Source: a virus. From it: DNA of 64,000 nt. The translations under genes were made by a program, and so were the position numbers. The stretch is from IMG/VR virus record IMGVR_UViG_3300046674_000532; one strand, 5' to 3'. Positions 52,938-61,099 of this stretch are shown piece after piece. Each line of letters starts with the position of its first letter. Position 1 is the stretch's first letter. The notes beneath the pieces were generated by a model. That model ran no database searches, was not told the origin of the DNA, and saw nothing but the letters and a program-made list of their open reading frames with translations.

Positions 52938-54827
52938 TCACGAGGTGTTCCCCCCGCTCCCCTGCTGCCCCTGCGCGGCCGGGCCCTGGGCGGCAGCGGC
53001 TGCGGGGTCGTCGGACGGCAGGGCGGGCAGCTGGACCGCGGGCGCTTCGGGCTCGTCGGGGGCTTCGCGGCCGAGGAACTTCGCGGTCTCGTCCACGTTG
53101 CCGAGGGCGTCGGCGAGGTTGCGGGCGTCGTCGAAGGAGCGGGCGTCGATCCGCTTGATCTCTTCCTCGGCGTCGTCGATGGGCCAGCCGATGTCCTGCA
53201 GCATTCGGATCGCCGTCTCCAATGAGATCAGCTTGTCGGTGCGGGCGTTGCGAATGGACTCGAGGGCTGCCGTCTTGTCGGTGGGACGGAACGAGCCGCG
53301 CACGATCTTCGCCGGGAGGGGGGTGATGCCCGCCCAGTCGGGGTGCTGGCCGGCGAGGAACAACCGTTGGACGAACTTGGGGAGGAGCCGGTCGGCGTGG
53401 TCGCGGGCCAGGCGCATCCCGGCGATCAGGGAGTCCTCCGGGCCCAGCGCCAACTCGAGAGCGTACCCGGACGGCATCTTGGACGGGTCCAGGGTGCCAA
53501 GGGCGACGGGCGGGATACGGACGACGTTCGCTGCGCGTTCGCCGAGGTCGTGGACCTGGTTGCGGAGTTCGGCGAGGTTGCGGCTGGTGTCGACGGTGGT
53601 GATGCCGCCGCCCTCGCCGAGCGTGAACACCAGACCCGGCCCGGCCTCATAGTGCTGCTGCCCGGACACCGACTTCCCGGAGATGCCGATCATCGGGGAG
53701 CCGGTGGTGGCCGAGGCGCGGCTGGAGTCGGTGTCGGAGCCGGACAGTTCGTCGAAGATCTGCAGGGCCTTGGCGAGGCTGGACTGCCCCCAGTGCTCCC
53801 CCGGCTCGGGCACGGTGTTGGGGACGTGGATGACCGGCAGGAAGTCCTGGTACAGGTCGAGGCGGTCGAGGATCTCGCCCTGCTCGTTGGTGGCGAAGGA
53901 CGCCTTGCCCATGGGCAGGCTGTCGATGTCGACAGGGCCCTTGAGGTCGCCGAGGTCCCAGGTCGCGTCGGTGAGGTAGCAGGTCCTGAACGACGGCTTC
54001 TCGGACCAGGGGTACAGGCGGGTGATGGAGCCGTTGGCGTCGACCTGGTCGCCCTGGCCGAGGACCGGGGCGGACGGGGTGGTGTCGGTGGCTTCGGACA
54101 TGACGGGGGCGCGCAGGGCCCGGCCGGTGCGGTCGACACCGTTCGCGGTGCGAGGGCCGATCCAGTCGAGGTGGTAGGTAATGCGGCGCAGCCGGGCCGG
54201 CAGCTTGCGGGCCTTGTCCTCCGGGAGTTCCCACGCGAAATGCACTTTGTCGGGGTAGTCGGAGCCGTCGTCGTCTTCCCCCACGACCGGGAAGTAGAAG
54301 CCGGGGTCGAAGGTTTTCACGCGAACGCGCTGCTTGTCGCCGTCCCAGTACAGGAGGTAGACGCCGTCGCCGAGGCCTACGGCCTTGCGTTCGGTCTGGA
54401 GCATCCGCATCGGCAGGAGTTCCTCGTCGGCCCACTCCCGCAGCAGCGTCTGGACGCGTTCTGCGGCCGCCGACTCCGGGGTCTGCTGGTCGCCTTCGGC
54501 GCCGGGCACGGTGATGATCTGCTCACTGCCCAGGACGTCCGAGGTCAGCTTGTCGACGAACATCGACGGGTCACCGAACTCGCGCCGGTCGCGGGCCGTA
54601 TCCCCGTCGACGAAGGCCGACAGTTCGGCGACCTGGTTGTGGTCGTAGGCCTTCAGCAGCTTGTAGGAGGCCAGGCGGCGCTCGTCGGCGGCGGGGACCC
54701 AGGTCGCGGCGGCTTCCGGAAAGGCGCGGCGGTGGGGCATGCCGAGGCTGTCGGAGAAGATCGGCTTGTAGTTCAGCCACGACCAGCCGTCGATGACGGC
54801 CTCTCTCAAGCCGGTGAAGAGGCCCAC
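52938..54827 (-). CDS. portal protein
   Basis: 629 aa, GTG start with GGAAGGA RBS, downstream of terminase; size and acidic C-terminus are typical. Confidence 0.8.
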   Translation of the reverse strand: MGLFTGLREAVIDGWSWLNYKPIFSDSLGMPHRRAFPEAAATWVPAADERRLASYKLLKAYDHNQVAELSAFVDGDTARDRREFGDPSMFVDKLTSDVLGSEQIITVPGAEGDQQTPESAAAERVQTLLREWADEELLPMRMLQTERKAVGLGDGVYLLYWDGDKQRVRVKTFDPGFYFPVVGEDDDGSDYPDKVHFAWELPEDKARKLPARLRRITYHLDWIGPRTANGVDRTGRALRAPVMSEATDTTPSAPVLGQGDQVDANGSITRLYPWSEKPSFRTCYLTDATWDLGDLKGPVDIDSLPMGKASFATNEQGEILDRLDLYQDFLPVIHVPNTVPEPGEHWGQSSLAKALQIFDELSGSDTDSSRASATTGSPMIGISGKSVSGQQHYEAGPGLVFTLGEGGGITTVDTSRNLAELRNQVHDLGERAANVVRIPPVALGTLDPSKMPSGYALELALGPEDSLIAGMRLARDHADRLLPKFVQRLFLAGQHPDWAGITPLPAKIVRGSFRPTDKTAALESIRNARTDKLISLETAIRMLQDIGWPIDDAEEEIKRIDARSFDDARNLADALGNVDETAKFLGREAPDEPEAPAVQLPALPSDDPAAAAAQGPAAQGQQGSGGNTS

Positions 54828-54845
54828 AGCGATCCTTCCGCTATC

Positions 54846-54860
54846 CAGGCCCCGCGCCTG
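54846..54860 (-). promoter_or_regulatory. 15-nt hairpin motif copy (upstream of portal gene)
   Basis: Identical CAGGCCCCGCGCCTG between the nuclease stop (54864) and the portal start (54827). Confidence 0.55.
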
Positions 54861-54863
54861 TGA

Positions 54864-55250
54864 TCAGCGTACGGGCTGGGCATGGTCGGGTTCCCCCGGC
54901 TGTTCGGGCAGCGGGACCGTGCGGCGGCCGCCGTCGTAGTCGACGGCGTGCCCGGCGGCGACGAGGTCCGCGTTGAGGGTGCGGGCGCCCGCGGTGATGG
55001 TGCCGAGGATCCGCCCGTACTTCTCGGTCTTGTCGAGTTCGGTGCGCAGGATCAGGTCGGGCCCGTTCTCGGCGAGCCACTGGGTGGTGAACGCGGTGGC
55101 GGCGTCTCCGGCCGGGCTGCCGTGTTCGGGGCAGTTCACGCCGAGGAGTCGGACGCGTTCGTGGATCTGGATGTGAAATCCCAGGTCGGCGAGGACGTCC
55201 AGGGTGTCGCCATCGACGACTCTGGACAGCCGCGCAGCGTAGACATACAT
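54864..55250 (-). CDS. staphylococcal-nuclease (thermonuclease)-like protein
   Basis: SNase signature VVDGDTLDV...RVRLLGVNCPE...EKYGRILG...LVAAGHA. Confidence 0.75.
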   Translation of the reverse strand: MYVYAARLSRVVDGDTLDVLADLGFHIQIHERVRLLGVNCPEHGSPAGDAATAFTTQWLAENGPDLILRTELDKTEKYGRILGTITAGARTLNADLVAAGHAVDYDGGRRTVPLPEQPGEPDHAQPVR

Positions 55251-55259
55251 CGGGTTCTC

Positions 55260-56882
55260 CTATCGGCGGCCGCGGAGGCGTTGGTCGCGGTAGTTGGAGG
55301 TGCCGAGGCCCTGGGTGGAGGGGTCGGCGAGTTCGGTGAGGGCGTGGACGGCGGCGTCCATGCGGTCGGGTGAGTCCATGCCGGGGATCCAGGTGACCAT
55401 CTGGCCCTCGAGGCGGGGGAATTCGCCGAGGTGGTGGACGAGGCCTTGGGCGTAGAGCTGGGCGATGGGTTCGGCGCGTAGCCGTTTGCCTTGCTTGGCG
55501 TGGACTTCGATGATCGATGGCATGAGGAGGCCGCGGGTTTCGCCTCGTTCGGCAAGCTCTTTCCAGGCCTGGCGGATGATCTGCTTGGCCATGTCGCCGC
55601 CGAAGTTGGCTTCGACGACGATGGCGTCGGCCTGGTACTCGATGGCGAGTTGGCAGGCGGCGAGGCCCCAGGTGTCGGCGCCCATGCGGTCGGATGCGTC
55701 GGCGAGGAGGTAGAGGTGGCCTTCGCGGTCGCGTCCTGCTGCGCACAGGCCGGCTTCGTCGTTTCCGTCTCCTTCTCCGCCGGCGTGGTCGACGGCGACG
55801 ATGCTGCGGGTGAGGTCGATGCCGCGGAACGCCATGGGGGTGATGCGGTGGTCGGTGATCCATGGCCATTTCCACACGCCGCCCTCGAGTGGGCGGGGTT
55901 TTTGCATGTAGAGGGACCACCAGACGCGTTCCCCGACGGCGCGGCGGATCTTCTGGAGGGCTTTGGTGCCGTAGCGGATGGGCCACAGGGGGCGGCCGAT
56001 GTCGCGGCCGAGGGCGTCGTTTTCGCTGTCGGCGATGGCGGGGAGGTCGAGGATGGTCCAGTCGTCGGCGTCTTCTCCGGCGAGGATGCGGCCGGCGAGG
56101 TCCTGTTCGTGCCAGCGGGTCTGGATGACCAGGATGGATCCGCCGGGTTCGATGCGGGTGTTGAGGACGGATGTCCACCAGTCCCACAGGCGGCGCCGCA
56201 TGGTGGGGGATTCGGCGTCGGCGGCGTCTTTGATGGGGTCGTCGACGACGGCGAGGTGGGCGCCCTTGCCGGTGAGGCCGCCGCCGACGCCTGCGGTGAC
56301 GAGGCCGCCTTCGAGGCGTTCGCCGGTGTCGGGGTCGGCGAGGTCGAACCGGTTCGCCGCTTTGCTGCCGGAGTGGAGGGCGAGGCCGATCTGGGGGCCG
56401 TAGGAGACGATCGCGTCGCGGATCCACCGTCCGTGGTCGTCGGCGAGGTCCGCGGAGTATGAGGCGATCATGACGCGGTGGTCGGGGTGCCTCGACAGGT
56501 ACCAGAGCGGCGCCCACCGGGCCGCACGCCGGCTTTTGCCGTGCCGCGGAGGCATGGTGATGAGGACCTTGCGGGGCCGGCCGCGGGCGATGTCGCGGAA
56601 CACCTGGTCGATCAGGTCCAGGTGGCGGGCCTGCTTCTCCTTCCCGTCGGTGAGGATCGCCGACATGGCGCCCGGCGACCGCTTGAGGGCCATGTCGCGT
56701 TCGACCCCGGCGAGGACGGTGCGGACCTCTCCACTGGCCCGGCAGGCGATATGGCGGCGCTGAGCCCGGTTCAGGCGCCGGTACTGGGCGACCAGTTGGA
56801 GTAGCTCCTCCGCTCCCTGGACGACGTCATCAACGTCCTCGTCGTGCCCCGGGCCGACGTCAGGTGTCGTCGCTGTGGTCAT
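55260..56882 (-). CDS. terL: terminase large subunit
   Basis: Walker-A-like PPRHGKSRRAARW, Walker-B/coupling ILVIQTRWHEQDLAG, and a C-terminal RNase-H-like nuclease half. Confidence 0.85.
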   Translation of the reverse strand: MTTATTPDVGPGHDEDVDDVVQGAEELLQLVAQYRRLNRAQRRHIACRASGEVRTVLAGVERDMALKRSPGAMSAILTDGKEKQARHLDLIDQVFRDIARGRPRKVLITMPPRHGKSRRAARWAPLWYLSRHPDHRVMIASYSADLADDHGRWIRDAIVSYGPQIGLALHSGSKAANRFDLADPDTGERLEGGLVTAGVGGGLTGKGAHLAVVDDPIKDAADAESPTMRRRLWDWWTSVLNTRIEPGGSILVIQTRWHEQDLAGRILAGEDADDWTILDLPAIADSENDALGRDIGRPLWPIRYGTKALQKIRRAVGERVWWSLYMQKPRPLEGGVWKWPWITDHRITPMAFRGIDLTRSIVAVDHAGGEGDGNDEAGLCAAGRDREGHLYLLADASDRMGADTWGLAACQLAIEYQADAIVVEANFGGDMAKQIIRQAWKELAERGETRGLLMPSIIEVHAKQGKRLRAEPIAQLYAQGLVHHLGEFPRLEGQMVTWIPGMDSPDRMDAAVHALTELADPSTQGLGTSNYRDQRLRGRR

Positions 56883-57363
56883 CCAGTGCGCCTTCGTCGC
56901 CCTCGTCGGGGGCTTCGTCGTCCTCGGGATCGGGGTCGCCTGCTGCTCCGATCAGGCTGCGGAGTTCGGCGATGCTGGCCTGGCTGATGGGGACGGCTCC
57001 CCCGCCGGGCCCGGACACCTCGGCGCGGATGGGTTCGGCCACCCCGTACAGGCGGATCCGTTCGGCGATGAGCCGGCGGGCCGCCTCGACGGCCTTGAGG
57101 TCGCCCTTGAGCGCTTTGGGCCACACGGCGGCCAGGAGGCGTTCGAAGCGGGCTCCTTCGACCTCGCGCAGGTTCTCGACTGCTTCCTTCTCTTCCAGCC
57201 GGTTGCGCTGGATGGCGCGCCAGAAGTCTTTGCGGGCAGCGCCGTCGTCGGCGTAGTCGAGGCGGTCGGCGATGGCTTCGAAGTCCATGCCGGCGAGCTT
57301 CAGTGCGATGAGCTGCTTGCGTCGCTGCGCGGTGACGGCCTGCTGGGCTTTGGATGCGGGCAT
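56860..57363 (-). CDS. terS: terminase small subunit
   Basis: 167 aa with an N-terminal HTH-like segment (RRKQLIALKLAGMDFEAIADRL) and acidic tail, overlapping terL. Confidence 0.7.
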   Translation of the reverse strand: MPASKAQQAVTAQRRKQLIALKLAGMDFEAIADRLDYADDGAARKDFWRAIQRNRLEEKEAVENLREVEGARFERLLAAVWPKALKGDLKAVEAARRLIAERIRLYGVAEPIRAEVSGPGGGAVPISQASIAELRSLIGAAGDPDPEDDEAPDEGDEGALDDHSDDT

Positions 57364-57452
57364 CAGTCGTCACCGTCCTGGGCGGTGGTGAGGTCGTGTT
57401 CCTCGCCGGCTGCCTGCTGGTGGGTGTGGCTGCTGTGTGCGCTGGTGGTCAT
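57363..57452 (-). CDS. possible 29-aa leader peptide upstream of terS
   Basis: MTTSAHSSHTHQQAAGEEHDLTTAQDGDD. Start context GGGAGCCCCCACCGCC-ATGACC is nearly identical to that of gene 60422..60997; its stop overlaps the terS ATG (TGATG). Confidence 0.4.
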   Translation of the reverse strand: MTTSAHSSHTHQQAAGEEHDLTTAQDGDD

Positions 57453-57486
57453 GGCGGTGGGGGCTCCCGCTCGTATGTCTGACTGT

Positions 57487-57501
57487 CAGGCCCCGCGCCT
57501 G
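57487..57501 (-). promoter_or_regulatory. 15-nt hairpin motif copy (upstream of leader ORF/terS)
   Basis: CAGGCCCCGCGCCTG, flanked by GATGATC as at the 61026 copy. Confidence 0.55.
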
Positions 57502-57627
57502 CTCCTGATGATCCCTGGTTTCCTCCGTTTCCTTCCCCCAGCAGGGGTGTTGCGCGTGGCCGGGAGGGGGGCCGGGTCGCGGGCCGGCGGGCGGTGCTGC
57601 TCCCCGAATTAGGTTGTCCATCTCATG

Positions 57628-57656
57628 TTGACGGCCCATCGGGGCTCCGTTAGATT
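57628..57656 (+). promoter_or_regulatory. sigma-70-type promoter for the plus-strand island
   Basis: TTGACG (57628..57633), 17-nt spacer, TAGATT (57651..57656); GGAGGGAG RBS and ATG at 57694 follow. A second TAGGTT box lies at 57610..57615. Confidence 0.6.
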
Positions 57657-57693
57657 GTCCATATCAACACGACAACCTACGGAGGGAGCACCG

Positions 57694-58098
57694 ATGCAGA
57701 ACCTGCGGAGCCTGACGGACAACCAGCTCGCCGAGGTGTACAGCGACGGCGACGAGGCCACCCAGGCCGCGGTGCTCCGCGAGGCCGCCCGCAGGGACCG
57801 CAAGGACGCACAGACCGCCCGCGACAAGGCCCGCTGGGCGGCCGTGAACGACCAGTGGATGAGCTGGGCCGAAGCGCAGTTCGCCGCCGCCGAGGCCGAG
57901 TGCCGCGGATACCTGCTCAACAAGGCCGGCCAGGCCGAGGGCATGACCCCGTGGACGCTGTGGACCGGCCCCGCAGCCCGCGCGACGCGGTACGCCTCCG
58001 AGGAGCTGCTGGAGTTCTGGGACACCCACCCGCGCCTGACCGTCAGCGAGTACCGCAACGAGCTGCGCCGCGCGAACCACGACCAGCCGGCCGCCTGA
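57694..58098 (+). CDS. hypothetical protein
   Basis: ATG at 57694 with a strong RBS (in-frame upstream ATG at 57625 also possible), 134 aa. Confidence 0.65.
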   Translation: MQNLRSLTDNQLAEVYSDGDEATQAAVLREAARRDRKDAQTARDKARWAAVNDQWMSWAEAQFAAAEAECRGYLLNKAGQAEGMTPWTLWTGPAARATRYASEELLEFWDTHPRLTVSEYRNELRRANHDQPAA

Positions 58099-58131
58099 AC
58101 CGCCCATCCCACCCGCCGAAAGGACACGACC

Positions 58132-58467
58132 ATGACCGACTCCTCCTCCACCACCCGCTTCCAGGCCCGCAAGGCGCGCTCCGGCTGGTACGTCCAGGAC
58201 TCCGTCACGGGCGACGTGTGGACGGGACTGTCCCGGCCCGGTGTGGACAACCTGATCGGCCACCTCGCCAAGGACAGGGCGTCCGCCCCGGTGGTCACGG
58301 CGGTCGCGGACGAGCCCGCCACCGCGGACGAGCCCGGCCAGCAGCCGCTGTGGGTGGAGATGATGGGCGCGGACTTCGGCGAGAGCCGTGGGCCGGTGCA
58401 GGGTTCGCTGTTCCAGGCTCCGGATGCGTGCGGAACGCTGGACCTGTTCGCCGCCATGGGCGAGTAG
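58132..58467 (+). CDS. hypothetical protein
   Basis: 111 aa, AAGGA RBS. Confidence 0.6.
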   Translation: MTDSSSTTRFQARKARSGWYVQDSVTGDVWTGLSRPGVDNLIGHLAKDRASAPVVTAVADEPATADEPGQQPLWVEMMGADFGESRGPVQGSLFQAPDACGTLDLFAAMGE

Positions 58468-58504
58468 CTTGTCTCTATCAGAACGACTATCTATGGAGGT
58501 TGTG

Positions 58505-58864
58505 ATGGGTGCTGAGCCCGCAGGGCTGCCGGACGCCGACGAGCTGATCGCCGTGGCGCAGGGGGCGCTGGCCGGCGGCACGGCCGACGACGCGCGCCGC
58601 GCGCTGGACGCTTACGCCCCGGCCGTCGACACGCTGGTCGATGCGGCCGCGGCCGCGGCGTGGCTGGGCATCTCGCCATCCTCCATCTACCGCGAGCGCT
58701 CGCGCGAGCGCGCGGACGGGACGCCCGGCTGGCCCGACCCGGACAGGAAGTTCGGCCGGTCGGGGGTCTGGAGCTACCGGACGCTGGTGCTGCACCGGGC
58801 GACGATGCCGGGCCGGGGTTCGGCCGGCCGGGGTCGTCCGCGTCGGGCCGGCCAGTCGGGTTGA
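58505..58864 (+). CDS. excisionase/MerR-type HTH DNA-binding protein
   Basis: AAWLGISPSSIYRERSR...GWPDPDRKFGRSGVWSYRTLVLH fits the Xis/AlpA-like HTH pattern; GGAGG RBS. Confidence 0.6.
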   Translation: MGAEPAGLPDADELIAVAQGALAGGTADDARRALDAYAPAVDTLVDAAAAAAWLGISPSSIYRERSRERADGTPGWPDPDRKFGRSGVWSYRTLVLHRATMPGRGSAGRGRPRRAGQSG

Positions 58865-58890
58865 CGGGGTTCTCACCCGGAAGATAGGTT
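58861..58890 (+). promoter_or_regulatory. promoter giving a leaderless ASCH transcript
   Basis: TTGACG (58861..58866), 18-nt spacer, TAGGTT (58885..58890). The ATG at 58897 is only 6 nt after the -10 and has no RBS. Confidence 0.55.
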
Positions 58891-58896
58891 GTCCAT

Positions 58897-59337
58897 ATGG
58901 ACGAGACAAGCTTTCAGGATGCCCTGTTCGCCACGGACACCGAGCCCACGCCGTACGTGCTCACCGTGAAGCAGCCCTGGGCGTGGGCCATCATCCACGC
59001 GGGCAAGGACGTCGAAAACCGCAGCAGGCCTGTCAACTACCGGGGCAAGCTGCTCATCCAGGCTGGCAAGAGCTACGCCCCCGAGGGTGACAAGTACCTG
59101 CGCGATCTGGGCATCACTCCCCCGGCCGACCTGCCGCGCGGCTGCATCATCGGCTCTGTCGAGGTCGTCGGCTCCACCAGCCGGTCCACCTCCGAGTGGG
59201 CCATGGACGGATACCAGCACTGGCTGCTCGCCGACCCGAAGCCTGCTGCGCAGCTCCTGCCGTGCCGGGGATCGCTGAGCATGTTCCGCGCCCCCGAGGG
59301 TTGGGAGCAGGCGTTCACGTCGCCTTCGGGGGCATGA
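58897..59337 (+). CDS. ASCH (PUA-like) domain protein
   Basis: VKQPWAWAIIHAGKDVENRS...GKLLIQAG... is the ASCH core pattern; its 3' end overlaps the convergent gene by 23 nt. Confidence 0.7.
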   Translation: MDETSFQDALFATDTEPTPYVLTVKQPWAWAIIHAGKDVENRSRPVNYRGKLLIQAGKSYAPEGDKYLRDLGITPPADLPRGCIIGSVEVVGSTSRSTSEWAMDGYQHWLLADPKPAAQLLPCRGSLSMFRAPEGWEQAFTSPSGA

Positions 59338-60406
59338 ACTCGAAACTGCGCGTGAGAAGGCGTCGGGGGTCGGAGTAGCGCTTCCTCAGCGAGCCCGTGA
59401 GGCTCTTGCCGGGCTTTCCTGTACTCACCTTCCCGGTCTCGCGCCAGCGTGGGGAGCGCACGCAGTAGGCGATGACTGCCGGATGGGCGACAACTCGCCT
59501 GTAACGGCAGCCTTGCTGGTACAAGTGCTGGCCGATCCATTCGGAGATACGGCCGCTGATCCCCAGCCCCTGGTAGTCGGGCAGGACGACGGACCGGTGG
59601 TCCATCTTGATGTTCTTCGCCTGGGCGTGCGGGAAGTGCATGTAGGCGCTGAAGGCTACGAGGTCGTCACCGATGAAGCCGCCGAAGCAGCGTGCGGAGC
59701 GGTTCAGGTCGGCGCTCAGATAGTGATGGCGGCGAAACAGCGGCCAGACGGTGTGATCGACCTGGTGGATGCGGAGTTCGAGCGCGGGGTGGGGTTGAAC
59801 CTGCCTCCACGCGAAGGAGTTGGCCGCGACGTCGAACACCCAGTCGGGCTGGAGCCAGTCGGTGACGTCGTAGTGGCAGGTGACGGCGACGAACTGGCGG
59901 TCCTGGCGGCGCACTGCCTTTTGCACCGTGTGGGAGGCGACCTTGGCGACCTGACGGTCGACGACCGAGGTGAACTCGTCGACGACGACCAGGCCGTCGG
60001 TCTCGGCGAGGGAGCGGGCGATGGAGGCACGGAACGCCTCGCCGTTGGACAGCGTGTGGTGCGGGCGCATCCACGCGGGCGGTGAGCCGAGGCCGACCGA
60101 GGTGAGCAGACCGATGATGTCCTTGATGCTCATGCTGGCCGGGAAGTCGTCGAGCAGCGACGCGTCCGGGGACCATACATAGTTCGCGGCCATCTCCTCG
60201 GGCCACACGTGCCGGGCCAGGGTGGACTTGCCTGCTCCGGAGGGTCCGACGATGAGACCGACGTTCCAGGGCCGGTCCTCGATGGGCAGGTTCGCGTCGA
60301 GGGTGTGGCCGGCTTTCTGCTCGATCGGGACGTCGAACATGCCGGCCATCTGCAGGACGCGGGCGGAGCTGCAGACGGTGGTGCTGACGTTGACTTGTGC
60401 GCGCAT
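59315..60406 (-). CDS. ABC-type ATPase fused to a GNAT-like acyltransferase domain
   Basis: Walker A GPSGAGKST, signature-like LSNGEAFRASIARSL, Walker B LVVVDEFTS. The C-terminal ~150 aa carry an acyl-CoA-pocket-like LPDYQGLGISGRI (Q-x-x-G-x-G/A-type). Confidence 0.65.
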   Translation of the reverse strand: MRAQVNVSTTVCSSARVLQMAGMFDVPIEQKAGHTLDANLPIEDRPWNVGLIVGPSGAGKSTLARHVWPEEMAANYVWSPDASLLDDFPASMSIKDIIGLLTSVGLGSPPAWMRPHHTLSNGEAFRASIARSLAETDGLVVVDEFTSVVDRQVAKVASHTVQKAVRRQDRQFVAVTCHYDVTDWLQPDWVFDVAANSFAWRQVQPHPALELRIHQVDHTVWPLFRRHHYLSADLNRSARCFGGFIGDDLVAFSAYMHFPHAQAKNIKMDHRSVVLPDYQGLGISGRISEWIGQHLYQQGCRYRRVVAHPAVIAYCVRSPRWRETGKVSTGKPGKSLTGSLRKRYSDPRRLLTRSFEFMPPKAT

Positions 60407-60421
60407 GCCGGGGTGTCCCTT

Positions 60422-60997
60422 CTATGCCATGAGGGCGCGGACGCGGCGCCCTTCGGCGGCCAGCCGCTCGAGGAGTTCGGTCTGCTGCTGCTCGTCCAGG
60501 CATTCGACGATGACGCCCCACGTTGCTTCGGTGTCCTCGATGGGGGCGTCGCCCTCTTCGGGGAGCTGCGGGGGGACGATCAGTGCGGCGACGTCTTCGT
60601 CGGTGTATCCGGTGCCTTCGTAGTCGCCGTCGAGGTAGGAGATGAGTTCGGCGAGGGCGTCTTTGTCGTTCTCTCCGAGCTCGGCGGTGCGGTTGTCGGC
60701 GAGGTTGATCCGGCGGGCGGTGTTGTCGTCGCAGACGACGACTTCGCAGCGGGCTGTCTCGTGCCCTTCGGCGGCGAGCCCCTGCATGGTGTGGTTGCCG
60801 GCCAGGACAATGAGGGGGCCGTCAGGGATTTCCCGGACGACGAGCGACCTGTACTGGCCGTTGCGGCGGAGGGATTTGCGGATGGCGTCGACGTCGCCGC
60901 GTTTCGCGTTGCCGGGGAACGGGGTGAGTTCATCCAGGGGGATGTCGGCGGTGCGGACGTAGGTGACGCCGGCGTCGGAGTCGGTGCTTTCGGTCAT
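60422..60997 (-). CDS. ParB/Srx-like nuclease domain protein
   Basis: PFPGNAKRGDVDAIRKSLRRNGQYRSLVV...VLAGNHTMQG matches the ParB N-terminal domain; acidic C-terminal half; first gene of a two-gene unit. Confidence 0.7.
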   Translation of the reverse strand: MTESTDSDAGVTYVRTADIPLDELTPFPGNAKRGDVDAIRKSLRRNGQYRSLVVREIPDGPLIVLAGNHTMQGLAAEGHETARCEVVVCDDNTARRINLADNRTAELGENDKDALAELISYLDGDYEGTGYTDEDVAALIVPPQLPEEGDAPIEDTEATWGVIVECLDEQQQTELLERLAAEGRRVRALMA

Positions 60998-61025
60998 GGC
61001 GGTGGGGCTCCCGCTGTGTGGTTGT

Positions 61026-61040
61026 CAGGCCCCGCGCCTG
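61026..61040 (-). promoter_or_regulatory. 15-nt hairpin motif copy (upstream of ParB-like gene)
   Basis: CAGGCCCCGCGCCTG, 29 nt upstream of the ATG at 60997. Confidence 0.55.
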
Positions 61041-61099
61041 TCACAGATGATCGCCGATTTCCGTGGTTCTGTTCCCTGCGCCCTGGTTGGGGCGTCACG

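Noticed and set aside
57609-58581. Two long minus-strand ORFs (282 and 305 aa) across the plus-strand island
   Set aside because: Ala/Arg/Ser/Gly-rich with no motifs. The plus-strand genes have RBSs or promoters and ordinary composition, so these are typical high-GC antisense shadows.
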